A DNA stretch of 63,308 bases, filler included, from an uncultured bacterium (GTDB lineage: Bacteria > Latescibacterota > UBA2968): assembly GCA_964471275.1 (NCBI GenBank). It is 5 parts of 5 records of this genome, joined end to end, with 100 filler letters (N's around TTAATTAATTAA, not from the genome) between each part and the next. Parts side by side here need not be neighbours in the genome. Positions count along the whole stretch, not along the records: positions 1 to 12,707 come from CAYYGZ010000142.1; positions 12,808 to 25,478 come from CAYYGZ010000143.1; 3 more parts are not named here. The stretch is one strand, 5' to 3'. The notes under the pieces are model-generated. The model did no database searches, had not been told where the DNA came from, and saw nothing but the letters and a program-made list of their open reading frames with translations. The position numbers and the translations under genes were made by a program. Shown one piece after another: positions 9,628 to 19,083 of the stretch (positions are counted from its first letter, which is position 1; each line of letters begins with the position of its first letter).

Positions 9628-10647
9628 TCATCCCTTCTGCCACTTTCCCTCATCGATTTCTGCACGGTCCATCAAGGGTCGCCACCAGGATTCATTCTCT
9701 TTGTACCAGTTGACTGTCAGGTTGAAACCTTCCTCAAAGTCGACTTCCGGGGACCAGCCGAGCTCGCGCCGGATCTTGCTGGAATCCAGCAGGTAGCGCC
9801 GATCGTGGCTGGGTCTATCTGGGACATACGTCTTGTATGAGTCATCCAGCCCGAGCACATTCAGAATACCGTCCGCAATTCCTTCTACGTCAACCTCTAA
9901 GCCGCTCCCGATGTTGTAGATCTCACCCACCTTGCCCTGTTTGAGGATCAGGTCAATTGCTCTGCAGTGATCATCAACGTGAAGCCACTCACGCTTGTTC
10001 TGGCTCGTCGTGTAGAGCGTCATCTTCTGCCCTTGAAGCGCACGCACGGTGAACAGGGGGATAACCTTCTCAGGGAACTGATAGGCGCCGTAGTTGTTCG
10101 AGCAGTTGGAGATCGTAACCGGCAGATCGTAAGTCAGGAAGAACGTCTTGACCGCCATATCAGCCGCGGCTTTGGAGGCGTTGTAGGGTGTCTTCGGCAG
10201 AAAGGGCGAATCCTCCGTAAACACATCATCCGTATCGAGCGACAGATCGCCATACACTTCACAGGTCGAGATGTGGTGAAAACGAGGCACCTTCGCCTCA
10301 AGTGCTGCCCGCATCAACTGAACCGTGCCGACGCAATTAGTCTGAAAGAATACTTCAGGATGTAGAACTGCTCTGCTGTTGTGGGATTCGGCGGCAAAGT
10401 TGACCACGTAGTCTGGTCTATGTTCCTGCATCGTTTCCAGGGCGAGATCGTAATCACCGATATCACCCTGGACAAACCTATACCGATCGGCCTCCTCCTC
10501 TGCAACATCCGTGAGGTTCGGCAGGTTGCCCGCATACGTCAGGAAATCATAGTTGACGATGCTGTCCGTCGGATATCGATGAAGCCAATAGCGTATGAAG
10601 TTGGATCCAATGAACCCGGCCCCGCCGGTCACCAGCACTGTCGACAT
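9628..10647 (-). CDS. rfbB: dTDP-glucose 4,6-dehydratase
   Basis: VTGGAGFIGSNF, LTYAGN, FAAESH, PYNASKA, NNYGAYQFPEK, DRPSHDRRY. Confidence 0.95.
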   Translation of the reverse strand: MSTVLVTGGAGFIGSNFIRYWLHRYPTDSIVNYDFLTYAGNLPNLTDVAEEEADRYRFVQGDIGDYDLALETMQEHRPDYVVNFAAESHNSRAVLHPEVFFQTNCVGTVQLMRAALEAKVPRFHHISTCEVYGDLSLDTDDVFTEDSPFLPKTPYNASKAAADMAVKTFFLTYDLPVTISNCSNNYGAYQFPEKVIPLFTVRALQGQKMTLYTTSQNKREWLHVDDHCRAIDLILKQGKVGEIYNIGSGLEVDVEGIADGILNVLGLDDSYKTYVPDRPSHDRRYLLDSSKIRRELGWSPEVDFEEGFNLTVNWYKENESWWRPLMDRAEIDEGKWQKG

Positions 10648-10658
10648 CTCTCAGCCTT

Positions 10659-11624
10659 TCAAAGTAGAAAATGTACGGCCATCGCAATGTAGCCGACATA
10701 GAGTCCCGCCAGAATACATCCCTCGATATGCGTCAGCCTGAACCCGGTGCGCATCATCACCAGCATGGTCACCACCACCACCAGCATCGTGGGCATCATG
10801 AAGTGAATCTCTTTGGGACCCACTACGAGCGGGTTCGCAACAGCAGACGCGCCGGCTATCCAGCACACATTAAGGATATCCGCCCCTAGGATATTGCCAA
10901 CAACGATTTCGCCGTGTCCTCGGCGTCCCGCGGTGATTCCTGTTGCGATCTCGGGAAGGCTTGTACCAATCGCAACAACCGTCAGACCGATCATTCCGCT
11001 GCTGATACCGAAGGCTACGGCGATGGTTTTGGCCGACACCACGATGAAGTGGCTGGCGATGAGCACACCCGCAAGACCCAGCACAAACCAGAACACCAGC
11101 GAACTGAGTGACTTCCCGGCTATGGAATCCTCGATCTTCGTGAGATCGTCGTCCATCTCGTGGGATTGTCTTTGTGTCACATACGTGAACACCAGGTAGA
11201 TGAAGAACAGCACCAGCAGGGCGGCGCCTTCGCCGCGACTCAGCTCGCCATCCCAGACCAGCCAGTAGGCGATGACATCCACGACGATCAGAAACACACC
11301 CGTTGTCTTGAGCAGCTTCGGGTCTGCCGCAATCGGAGCGGCCGTCACGGCAGCAGCCAGGCCGATCGCAAGGGTATCATCCACGATGACCGATCCGATC
11401 GCATTTCCCAGGGCGATTTCGGCCGCGCCGCTCATCGCCGACATCACGGACACGGCAAGCTCCGGTGCCGTCGTTGCCATGCTCACCAGCACGATGCCGA
11501 TCAGCATCTTGGGAACGTTGAAGTGCTCGGCGATCCCACCGGCACCGTCGACGAACCAGTCCGCGCACTTTGCGAGCACGGCGAAACAGACCACGAGCAA
11601 GATGAAAGCGACAGAGACGCTCAC
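10659..11624 (-). CDS. calcium/sodium antiporter (YrbG family)
   Basis: Two alpha repeats (ATTAPEL..GNAIGS; GTSLPEI..GNILGA); about 10 TM segments. Confidence 0.9.
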   Translation of the reverse strand: MSVSVAFILLVVCFAVLAKCADWFVDGAGGIAEHFNVPKMLIGIVLVSMATTAPELAVSVMSAMSGAAEIALGNAIGSVIVDDTLAIGLAAAVTAAPIAADPKLLKTTGVFLIVVDVIAYWLVWDGELSRGEGAALLVLFFIYLVFTYVTQRQSHEMDDDLTKIEDSIAGKSLSSLVFWFVLGLAGVLIASHFIVVSAKTIAVAFGISSGMIGLTVVAIGTSLPEIATGITAGRRGHGEIVVGNILGADILNVCWIAGASAVANPLVVGPKEIHFMMPTMLVVVVTMLVMMRTGFRLTHIEGCILAGLYVGYIAMAVHFLL

Positions 11625-11680
11625 GAGGCGCCTCCAAACCGCACGATTCTTCCAGATGCTTCTATCACGTTACAACCTCT

Positions 11681-12454
11681 TCATACTACGTATACGGGTG
11701 TCGGTTGGTTCTGTTCGGCAACAGATAGTTGATACCGATTCAGACCACGATCCTCGATTGCGGATTGGCTTGCGGCCATCGCCAGTTCGGGGCTGTTGTT
11801 CTCCTCGCTCAGATGCGCCAGCACGACCTGCTCCAGGCCGTTGTCGATCAGCTTCCCGAGCGTCTCGGATGCGTCCGTGTTATCAAGATGACCTCGCGTG
11901 CCCTGAATCCGCTGTTTGAGCGACCATGGGTAGGGCCCCGCCATCAGCATCTCACGGTCGTAGTTCGACTCAAGAACCACCAGATCCGATGTCAGCAATC
12001 TTTGGAGTGCGAGCTGGCTGACGACTCCCATATCCGTGCCGACCCCAACCCGAGAGCTGCCGTCACCGATGACAAAGTTCACCGGATCCGCAGCGTCGTG
12101 CGAGATTGAGAACGGCTGAAAAAGCAGATCGCCGATCGAGAAATCTTGGTCGTTGTCGAAGAACCGGATCCGTTCGTGGCCCTTGAATTTCGACTGGGCC
12201 GCTTCGAAGGTGCCACGCGTCAACCACACCGGGCAGCCAACCTTCCGAGCGAGGATGCCAACGCCTGACACGTGATCGCTGTGCTCGTGCGAAACGACGA
12301 TCCCCATCAGCTTCTGGACATCCACACCGATCGACCGCAATCGTGCATCGATTTTGCGCCCGGACAGACCCGCATCAACCAGGACACGCGTCGCCCCCTG
12401 CTGAAAGAAGATCGCGTTGCCACCGGAGCCACTCGCGAGAACACAGACTTGCAT
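11681..12454 (-). CDS. MBL-fold metallo-hydrolase (YycJ/WalJ-like)
   Basis: LASGSGGN, SHEHSDH, ISHDAADP, ESNYD, GPYPW, AHLSEENN; start re-placed at ATG 12454. Confidence 0.9.
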   Translation of the reverse strand: MQVCVLASGSGGNAIFFQQGATRVLVDAGLSGRKIDARLRSIGVDVQKLMGIVVSHEHSDHVSGVGILARKVGCPVWLTRGTFEAAQSKFKGHERIRFFDNDQDFSIGDLLFQPFSISHDAADPVNFVIGDGSSRVGVGTDMGVVSQLALQRLLTSDLVVLESNYDREMLMAGPYPWSLKQRIQGTRGHLDNTDASETLGKLIDNGLEQVVLAHLSEENNSPELAMAASQSAIEDRGLNRYQLSVAEQNQPTPVYVV

Positions 12455-12537
12455 GGATCGGTACTCAGCTTGGTAGTTTGAAAGAAACTGCGCAGGGGGG
12501 CAGAAAAAGACTAGCATGCTCTGCCGTCTCGCCTCTG

Positions 12538-12707
12538 CGTAGTGGTCCCCCCAAAGTGAGACGTTTTCAAGTTGCCATCAAAGTTGATTGATGTGCTTCA
12601 TTCACTTCGTTTGGTAGTCGCTACTCCAGATCTCTTCTTCCTTGATGGTGCGGATCACGCGCTCAACGTTGGCGTTGTCATCAGGAGCATTGTATCCAGT
12701 GTATTGT
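12538..12707 (-). mobile_element. IS3-family remnant: transposase C-terminal fragment plus terminal IR
   Basis: Minus strand translates to QYTGYNAPDDNANVERVIRTIKEEEIW (integrase core) with an early stop at 12602. IR-like GTAGTGGTCCCCCCAAAGTGAGAC at ~12539-12562. Lies at the scaffold end. Confidence 0.75.
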
Positions 12708-12807
12708 NNNNNNNNNNNNNNNNNNNNNNNNNNNNNNNNNNNNNNNNNNNNTTAATTAATTAANNNNNNNNNNNNNNNNNNNNNNNNNNNNNNNNNNNNN
12801 NNNNNNN
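12708..12807. other. artificial scaffold-joining spacer
   Basis: N44-TTAATTAATTAA-N44, with stops in all six frames. Confidence 0.99.
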
Positions 12808-13084
12808 ATCGGGGCTCATCCGTAAACAGCCCCATTTCACCGACAGGCGCAACGGGCGCAATCTTGGCTATCTGCGTGTCGTCCTGTGTGCGGACGGACA
12901 ACTCGCCGCTCAAGAGGATATACATCTGGTCGCTGCGGTCGCCGAATCTGCACAGCGTATCCCCGGCATTCAGACTTCGCCGCTCGCAGACCTTCAACAG
13001 CGTTACCGCCTGGGTGGGCTGCAGACCAGCGAACAGCGGGACTCGCTTGACGGCTTCGACAAATTGCGAAACATCTTTGTTCAC
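12808..13084 (-). CDS. cyclic nucleotide-binding domain protein (3' truncated by scaffold end)
   Basis: VPLFAGL, GDRSDQMYILLSGELSV, VGEMGLFTDEPR. Confidence 0.85.
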
Positions 13085-13188
13085 GGGGGCATCCTCAGGA
13101 TGTGTACACCGATCTTGTGTGAGAACACATTATTCGTATCATATTGAGTTTCTGCAAGATAAACAGTGATCCAGAACACGGTGCAGCT

Positions 13189-14454
13189 ATGGATTTGATC
13201 CCTTTTCTGTCGGCAGACCAGGTTCGACAGATCCAGAAAGACTATGGTACACCGGTTTACGTCTACGATCAGGCGACGCTTGAGGAGCAAGCCGATCGTG
13301 TGATGGCCTTCCCGAGCGCCTTCGGATTGACCGCCCGCTATGCAATGAAAGCCTGTCCTTCTGCTGCCGTCCTGCACATTCTGACGGGACGCGGGCTGTC
13401 GATCGACGCCAGCAGCGGGCACGAGGCCGTAAGGGCGATCAGGGCGGGTGTAGCCCCTGATCGGATCCAGATTACGACCCAGCAGATGCCTGACAATCTG
13501 CGTGATCTTCTTGATCAGGGGTGTCTGTTTAATGCCTGTTCATTGCACCAGGTCGAGGCAGTCGGGGAAGCACGCCCGGGTGCCAAGATTGCCTTGAGGA
13601 TCAACCCGGGCCTTGGATCCGGGCACAGCAACCGGACGAATGTTGGCGGTCCTGCCGCGAGCTTCGGCATCTGGCACGCGTATCTGCCAAAGGCCCTCGA
13701 GATCGCGGCTCGGCACAGCCTGACCGTGCGCCGGATGCACACGCACATCGGTTCTGGATCCGATCCAGAAGTGTGGGAGCGTGTGGCCCTGATGTCTCTC
13801 GATCTCTGCTCCCGGATTCCCGGCGCGAACTCGCTGAGCCTGGGCGGTGGTTACAAGGTCGGTCGCCTGAAGGGAGAGGTTTCAACAGATCTTCAGAAGA
13901 TCGGTCTGCACATCGTCGAGGCGTTCCGTGCCCACGCGGAGAAGCACGGTCAGGAACTGGAGTTGGAGGTCGAGCCTGGTACGTATCTGGTCGCGAATGC
14001 CTGCGCGCTCGTGTCTTCCGCGATAGACGTCGTGGACACCGGCGAGGATGGCTACCGCTTCATCAAGGTCGACACGGGCATGACCGAGCTGCTTCGACCG
14101 AGCCTTTACGGGGCGCAGCACCCGATCGAAACGGTACCCCTGCAGGAGGGAGATCGACCGCACCAGGAGTACATCGTGGCCGGACACTGCTGTGAGAGCG
14201 GCGACGTCCTGACACCTGCCCCTGATGATCCGGAAGGTCTGGAGCCGCGCTTCCTGGTCGAGACACGTCCCGGTGACGCCGTCGTCATCGGGGGAGCGGG
14301 GGCCTACTGCTCGGGGATGTCTGCGAAGAACTACAATTCGTTCCCAGAGGCAGCAGAAGTGATGGTTATGAATGACGGATCGATCGAGCTGATTCGGAAA
14401 CGACAGACGCTGGAGCAGGTGCTGCAGAATGAGATTGTGCCGTCATCACTGTAG
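13189..14454 (+). CDS. lysA: diaminopimelate decarboxylase
   Basis: YGTPVYVYD, YAMKA (PLP Lys), HTHIGSG, LGGG, EPG, LRPSLYGA, CCESGD, GAYC. Confidence 0.93.
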   Translation: MDLIPFLSADQVRQIQKDYGTPVYVYDQATLEEQADRVMAFPSAFGLTARYAMKACPSAAVLHILTGRGLSIDASSGHEAVRAIRAGVAPDRIQITTQQMPDNLRDLLDQGCLFNACSLHQVEAVGEARPGAKIALRINPGLGSGHSNRTNVGGPAASFGIWHAYLPKALEIAARHSLTVRRMHTHIGSGSDPEVWERVALMSLDLCSRIPGANSLSLGGGYKVGRLKGEVSTDLQKIGLHIVEAFRAHAEKHGQELELEVEPGTYLVANACALVSSAIDVVDTGEDGYRFIKVDTGMTELLRPSLYGAQHPIETVPLQEGDRPHQEYIVAGHCCESGDVLTPAPDDPEGLEPRFLVETRPGDAVVIGGAGAYCSGMSAKNYNSFPEAAEVMVMNDGSIELIRKRQTLEQVLQNEIVPSSL

Positions 14455-14477
14455 TGTGAAGACGGTAGACCCGTTTC

Positions 14478-14587
14478 TTCGAGTAGGCCTCGACATAGTC
14501 GAGGGCGTATCGAGAAGCGGGGCAATGCAACCCATCCTGATATGCCGGGTTCTCGATACCCCTGCGCGAAGCGCAGGCCTACTCGAA
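14478..14587. repeat. inverted doublet of REP-like units (REPIN-like)
   Basis: TTCGAGTAGGCCT-[hairpin]-AGGG(C)GTATCGAGAA at 14478-14516 and its inverted copy at 14550-14587. Confidence 0.75.
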
Positions 14588-14620
14588 CACACGGTGCGAC
14601 CGACCATCCGGAGATAACGC

Positions 14621-16036
14621 ATGCCTGTTTTCGACAAGCTTGATGATCTCAGAACCGACGATCTGCCCGAACGCCGGCTTGGTTTCTGGCAGATGGCAGG
14701 TCCCGGTGCGGTGCTTGTGGGGCTGTCGATTGGTGCGGGAGAGATCATCATCTGGCCCCGTCTCGTCGCGGAGTATGGCGCGGAAATGGTCTGGGCAGCT
14801 GTGTTGGGTGTGTTTCTGCAGATGTGGATCAACCTGGAAGTGGGACGTTGGACGATCGCGACAGGGGAGACGGTGTTTACCGGGTTCTCCCGGATCTGGA
14901 GAGGCTTTGCCCCGATCTTCATTATGCTCACCGTCTTTTCGTGGATCGCACCCGGGTGGGGCCGTGCGAGCGGGTTAGCATTGAAGGCCCTGCTTGTGGG
15001 CCCCGCGGGTTTCGGTTCAGACACCTTCTGGACGATGGTTACGTTTGCCGGGTGTGCGCTGCTTCTGTTCGGTCCGAAGGTCATCTACGGCTCTGTCGAG
15101 AAATCGGTTGAACTGCTGGTGCTGATCGTGACGATCGGATTGATCTGTGTGGCAGTCGCCGTCGGAACAGCCGATACGTGGGCGTCCCTGTTCAGTGGCG
15201 CGGTGAACTTCGGCTACAAGCATCCCGATGTGACCGTGAAGCAGATGTTCATTGCGATCGTTTTTGCGGGAGCGGGCGGCACGGCGAATCTCTTCTACAC
15301 GTTCTATCTTCGTGACAAACATATCGGGATGGGGGCTCGTCTGCCCTCTATGCAGAATCCGCTGAGAGGCACGACCGAGAAGATCCCGACGACGGGGTAT
15401 CGCTACGAGGATACGGAAGAGAACGCGAATCGGTTCGAGGCCTGGTGGGACTACATCAAGAAGGACCAGATGCTATTCTTCTGGGCGCTGAATACGGTGA
15501 CGATGATGTTGTTCATCTTCGGTGCGTTGGCTGTGCTGCATCCAAGAGGGATCGTACCCGCAAGCGGCACACTGATCTGGGACGAGGCGCAGATTCTGGG
15601 TGAGGTCTGGGGACCGGCGGGACGCACGATCTTCCTGCTTGTCGGTCTGGCGACCTTGTTCGGAACGCAACTTGCCCTGATCGACGGAGTATCCCGGTCG
15701 ATCGCAGATATCCTGTCGACAAACTTCGCGTTTGCGAAGAAGCGGGATACAAGCTGGTGGTATGTGCTTGTCGCCGCCGTCTGGATGATCGCGGGATGTG
15801 CCATCACCTTCGTGATGGAAGCGCGAGGGGTTTCAGAGCTCGGCTTTCTGTTCAACGCAGCCTACATCGGTGGATTTGCGATGGCGATCTATGTTCCCCT
15901 GCTGCTGATCTGCAACCGCAAGTTCCTGCCGAAGTCGGCGCAACCGAAGACGGTCAGTACGATCATGATGGTGATAGCGTCGGTCGTGTATGTGGCGTTC
16001 GCGGTTGCCTGTTTGATCTGGGAATTCACGGGATAG
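14621..16036 (+). CDS. Nramp-like (YcsG-type) membrane transporter
   Basis: GPGAVLVGLSIGAGEIIIWP, EVGRWTIATGET; about 11-12 TM segments. Confidence 0.8.
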   Translation: MPVFDKLDDLRTDDLPERRLGFWQMAGPGAVLVGLSIGAGEIIIWPRLVAEYGAEMVWAAVLGVFLQMWINLEVGRWTIATGETVFTGFSRIWRGFAPIFIMLTVFSWIAPGWGRASGLALKALLVGPAGFGSDTFWTMVTFAGCALLLFGPKVIYGSVEKSVELLVLIVTIGLICVAVAVGTADTWASLFSGAVNFGYKHPDVTVKQMFIAIVFAGAGGTANLFYTFYLRDKHIGMGARLPSMQNPLRGTTEKIPTTGYRYEDTEENANRFEAWWDYIKKDQMLFFWALNTVTMMLFIFGALAVLHPRGIVPASGTLIWDEAQILGEVWGPAGRTIFLLVGLATLFGTQLALIDGVSRSIADILSTNFAFAKKRDTSWWYVLVAAVWMIAGCAITFVMEARGVSELGFLFNAAYIGGFAMAIYVPLLLICNRKFLPKSAQPKTVSTIMMVIASVVYVAFAVACLIWEFTG

Positions 16037-16069
16037 CTGTCCCTCATTTCCCGGCCCCGAAGGGCATGG

Positions 16070-16097
16070 GGAGCAGAGGAGCAGAGGAGCAGAGGAG
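16070..16097 (+). repeat. octamer tandem repeat (GGAGCAGA)x3.5
   Basis: Direct reading; a similar purine-rich octamer run occurs at ~50421-50460. Confidence 0.7.
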
Positions 16098-16265
16098 AGG
16101 CAAACCCAGAGACATTGTTCGTTAGCGCAACGGCCCGGGAGTGTATCCCAGGGCCGTTGTCGTATCCTGGTCAAGCAACCGGCGGATCGGGCAGCCTTCC
16201 TCTTTAGACAGGAGCCTAGCCTAAGTCAGAGGCAGGTCTCCTCCTTGTCCCGTCTGCGGTGGTAT

Positions 16266-16297
16266 CCGCCTTCGCTCTACGAGCTACGGCGAGACAG
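16266..16297. repeat. REP-like palindrome CCGCCTTCGCT..AGCTACGGCG
   Basis: Imperfect hairpin between convergent genes, resembling a widespread intergenic repeat family. Confidence 0.5.
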
Positions 16298-16325
16298 ATG
16301 GTATCAGGCTGCGGGCACACAGTCG

Positions 16326-17807
16326 CTAGCTTAGTGGCAGGACACCCCCCAGGCCTGTTTGCGGTGGTACGGGCCAGTGACTCCCTCGTTGGCCAGTCAG
16401 TCCGCGATTCGGGGTTGGGACGTATTCCTTGTCGGGGAGACCGACCCATTCGCCGTTCATCACCCACTCCTCATCCCCACCGTATAGTTCCTGAGCAAGC
16501 AATTCCCTGAGACGCTGCTCAACTTTCGCGTGGCTCGACTGTCCGGCGAGGTCGTGCATCTCGTTCGGATCTTCATCCAGGTCGAACAGCTGTGCGTGGT
16601 TGCCCACCGGATAGTAGATCAGTTTGTGGCGGCCGTCGTGGAGCATGCGTGTCGCCGTGTCGCCGTTCCCGCATTCTCCGTAGAGATGGGGGCGCGGTCC
16701 CTCGCTGACCATCGATATACCCTCGACTGTGTCTGGAATCTCTACGTCTGCCAGGTCGAGCAGTGTGGGCATGATGTCCTGCCATCCGACAAGCCTGTTG
16801 TCGATGCGATGATGACCGACACGATCGTCGTTCGCCGTGCCGACGAGGATCATCGGGACGCAGGCTGAATCCTCATAGAACAACCGCTTTGCCCACTGCC
16901 GGTGGTTACCGAGCATATCCCCATGATCTGACGTGAACAGGATGATCGTATCATCGAGCAGACGCTCTTCCCGGAGGGTACCGATGACGATACGCATCTG
17001 GTGATCGATGTGGGTGCACATCGCGTAGAACGCCCGCAAAGCGGACTGAATGTGGTAATCGGTGAAGTCTTCCCGTGATGTCTGTCTGCTGCGAAGGGGC
17101 CAGGGAAGGGCCTCTGTGTCCTGTGCCCACTCGCCGATGTACGCACGGGGGGGCTCGATATCTCGGTACATGTCAACATAACAGTCGAGTGGAGTCAGCG
17201 GCGGATGCGGATGACAGTAGGACAGGTAGTAGAAGCCCGGCTTTGTTGGATCCCTGCGCTGGATCAAACGTGCCATCTGCTGGGTCGTCCAGTTCGTGAC
17301 GTGACAGTGCTCCGGCAGGTGCCACGGTCGATTCAGATACTCGTTGTTGTTCATGCCTCCGGCGAACATCCGACCGGCGTGGCCTTGATCCGCCAGGTAG
17401 AGTTCGTAGTCGTCTACAGCGTCGAATTGCGCACGACCCTCTTCGTGAAGGATGACGTCGTCGAAGCCGATCCGGTCTCGCTGCGGATAGACGTGAAGCT
17501 TGCCGGCGGCGAAGGCCTGGTAGCCGTTGTTGCGGAACGTCTGGGCAAGTGTGGGGACATCCGGCATCCGCAGAGTCTCGTTGAAGTGGCGGTCACCGTG
17601 GGTGCGGCAGGTCGTCCCCGTCATCAGCGTCCGACGAGCGGGGATACAGACCGGGCATTCGCTGTAGGTCCGTGGGAAGCGGCAACCGTTTCGGGCGAGC
17701 TGATCGAGCGTCGGGGTCTGGACCGCAGGGTGACCGGCGATGCCGAAGAGTGAAGCCGGCCAGTGGTCAGTGCAGATCATCAGTACATTCGGCTGTTTGT
17801 CAGGCAA
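16326..17807 (-). CDS. sulfatase (Cys-type formylglycine, choline-sulfatase-like)
   Basis: QPNVLMICTDH, CIPAR..LMTG, GKLH, TSDHG, LFDLDEDPNE. Confidence 0.93.
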   Translation of the reverse strand: MPDKQPNVLMICTDHWPASLFGIAGHPAVQTPTLDQLARNGCRFPRTYSECPVCIPARRTLMTGTTCRTHGDRHFNETLRMPDVPTLAQTFRNNGYQAFAAGKLHVYPQRDRIGFDDVILHEEGRAQFDAVDDYELYLADQGHAGRMFAGGMNNNEYLNRPWHLPEHCHVTNWTTQQMARLIQRRDPTKPGFYYLSYCHPHPPLTPLDCYVDMYRDIEPPRAYIGEWAQDTEALPWPLRSRQTSREDFTDYHIQSALRAFYAMCTHIDHQMRIVIGTLREERLLDDTIILFTSDHGDMLGNHRQWAKRLFYEDSACVPMILVGTANDDRVGHHRIDNRLVGWQDIMPTLLDLADVEIPDTVEGISMVSEGPRPHLYGECGNGDTATRMLHDGRHKLIYYPVGNHAQLFDLDEDPNEMHDLAGQSSHAKVEQRLRELLAQELYGGDEEWVMNGEWVGLPDKEYVPTPNRGLTGQRGSHWPVPPQTGLGGVLPLS

Positions 17808-17901
17808 GAGAGCCTCCTGGAGATTGATAATCGAGGCAACGCTACGCGTTGCTTGCGAGTTCGCTGCGCGAACTCGATGTGGGTCAACTGTGAAGGTGGC
17901 T

Positions 17902-18010
17902 CTATGCTTCCGTGATTGCTTCGTTCAGCGATTCAGGTTCTTCCCGCGATAGCGCGTTCGCGATAATCAGGTATCCGTTCAGGTCGAAGACTACGTCTGG
18001 TATTCGTCCA
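17902..18010 (-). pseudogene. phytanoyl-CoA dioxygenase N-terminal remnant
   Basis: FDLNGYLIIANALSREE..LNEAI followed by a stop; typical PhyH N-terminus with no catalytic part. Confidence 0.5.
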
Positions 18011-18180
18011 GGCTCACTCCGGTTCAACTGATTGCGTCTGGCATCCAAAGTGGTAAACTGAGTCAACGGCAATATCGAATATCGAACGCCGAATGTCGAA
18101 CTCTGAAGAGTGGTAACCAGGTACGTAATAGAGTAGCAGTGAGCCCGGCTGGTTGCGCGGAAACAGAAGAGGAGAATGAA

Positions 18181-19083
18181 GTGATCAGTGATCGTATTGT
18201 GTGCGCGTATTTGTATGTGATAACGAAGTACGGGTATCCGCCTTCGGCCCGGGACTCGAGGAAGTATCTCGAGGAGATGAAGGCGTTGGGATATCGGTCC
18301 GTGGAGTTGGAAGGAATACGTGAGGAGCACCTCGGCGAGATGTTTGACATCCGTCACGATGTGGCAGGATGGGCGAAGGAGCTTGAGCTCAGTATTCCCG
18401 TTTTCTGCATCGTGCTGCCCGGGTTGTCATCGTCGGTCGAAGCGGAGCGCAACGCGAGCCTGGCACTGTTTGAGAAGGGCTGTGATGTGGCGGCGGCTCT
18501 GGGGGCCAAATGTGTACTCGACAATGCACCGCTTCCGCCGTACCGCTTCCCGGATGACATCCCGATCGTCCGGCACTATGACGAGGATGTGCTTCGGCAG
18601 GCGTCGGTTCCGGGTGATCTGGAGTGGTCAGCATACTGGGATCAGCTGGTGGATACCTACCGTCAAGCCTGCGATATCGCGGGGGAGAGAAGTCTGACCT
18701 ACCAGATGCATCCTTGTCTTGGCGTCCTGTCGGCGACGACGGATGCGTTTCTCTATTTCTACGAAGCGGTCAAGCGAGATAACCTGAGGTTCAATCTGGA
18801 TACGGCGAATCAGTTTATGATGCAGGACAATCTGGCGATGTCGCTGATTCGGTTGAAAGGATTGGTCGACTATATCCACGTGTCGGACAACCCGGGTGAC
18901 CGAGTCGAGCATCTGGAGCCGGGGAAGGGAGCGATCAACTGGGACGTGTTCTTCGAAACGGTCGATCGGATCGGGTATGACGGTCACTTCGGGGTGGATG
19001 TCGGTGGACACGAGTCGCGTGTCGATGATCTCGAGGACGCATATCGGAATGCGGCCGGCTGGCTCGAGGACCGGATCAGCTGA
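18181..19083 (+). CDS. sugar phosphate isomerase/epimerase (AP_endonuc_2 TIM barrel)
   Basis: GYRSVEL, FNLDTAN, YIHVSDN, HLEPGKGAINW, GYDG; GTG start after GAGGAG. Confidence 0.88.
   Translation: MISDRIVCAYLYVITKYGYPPSARDSRKYLEEMKALGYRSVELEGIREEHLGEMFDIRHDVAGWAKELELSIPVFCIVLPGLSSSVEAERNASLALFEKGCDVAAALGAKCVLDNAPLPPYRFPDDIPIVRHYDEDVLRQASVPGDLEWSAYWDQLVDTYRQACDIAGERSLTYQMHPCLGVLSATTDAFLYFYEAVKRDNLRFNLDTANQFMMQDNLAMSLIRLKGLVDYIHVSDNPGDRVEHLEPGKGAINWDVFFETVDRIGYDGHFGVDVGGHESRVDDLEDAYRNAAGWLEDRIS

Noticed and set aside
12752..12763. TTAATTAATTAA palindrome recurring four times at ~12.6-kb spacing
   Set aside because: Always centred in 88 Ns; an artificial six-frame-stop linker, not a biological repeat
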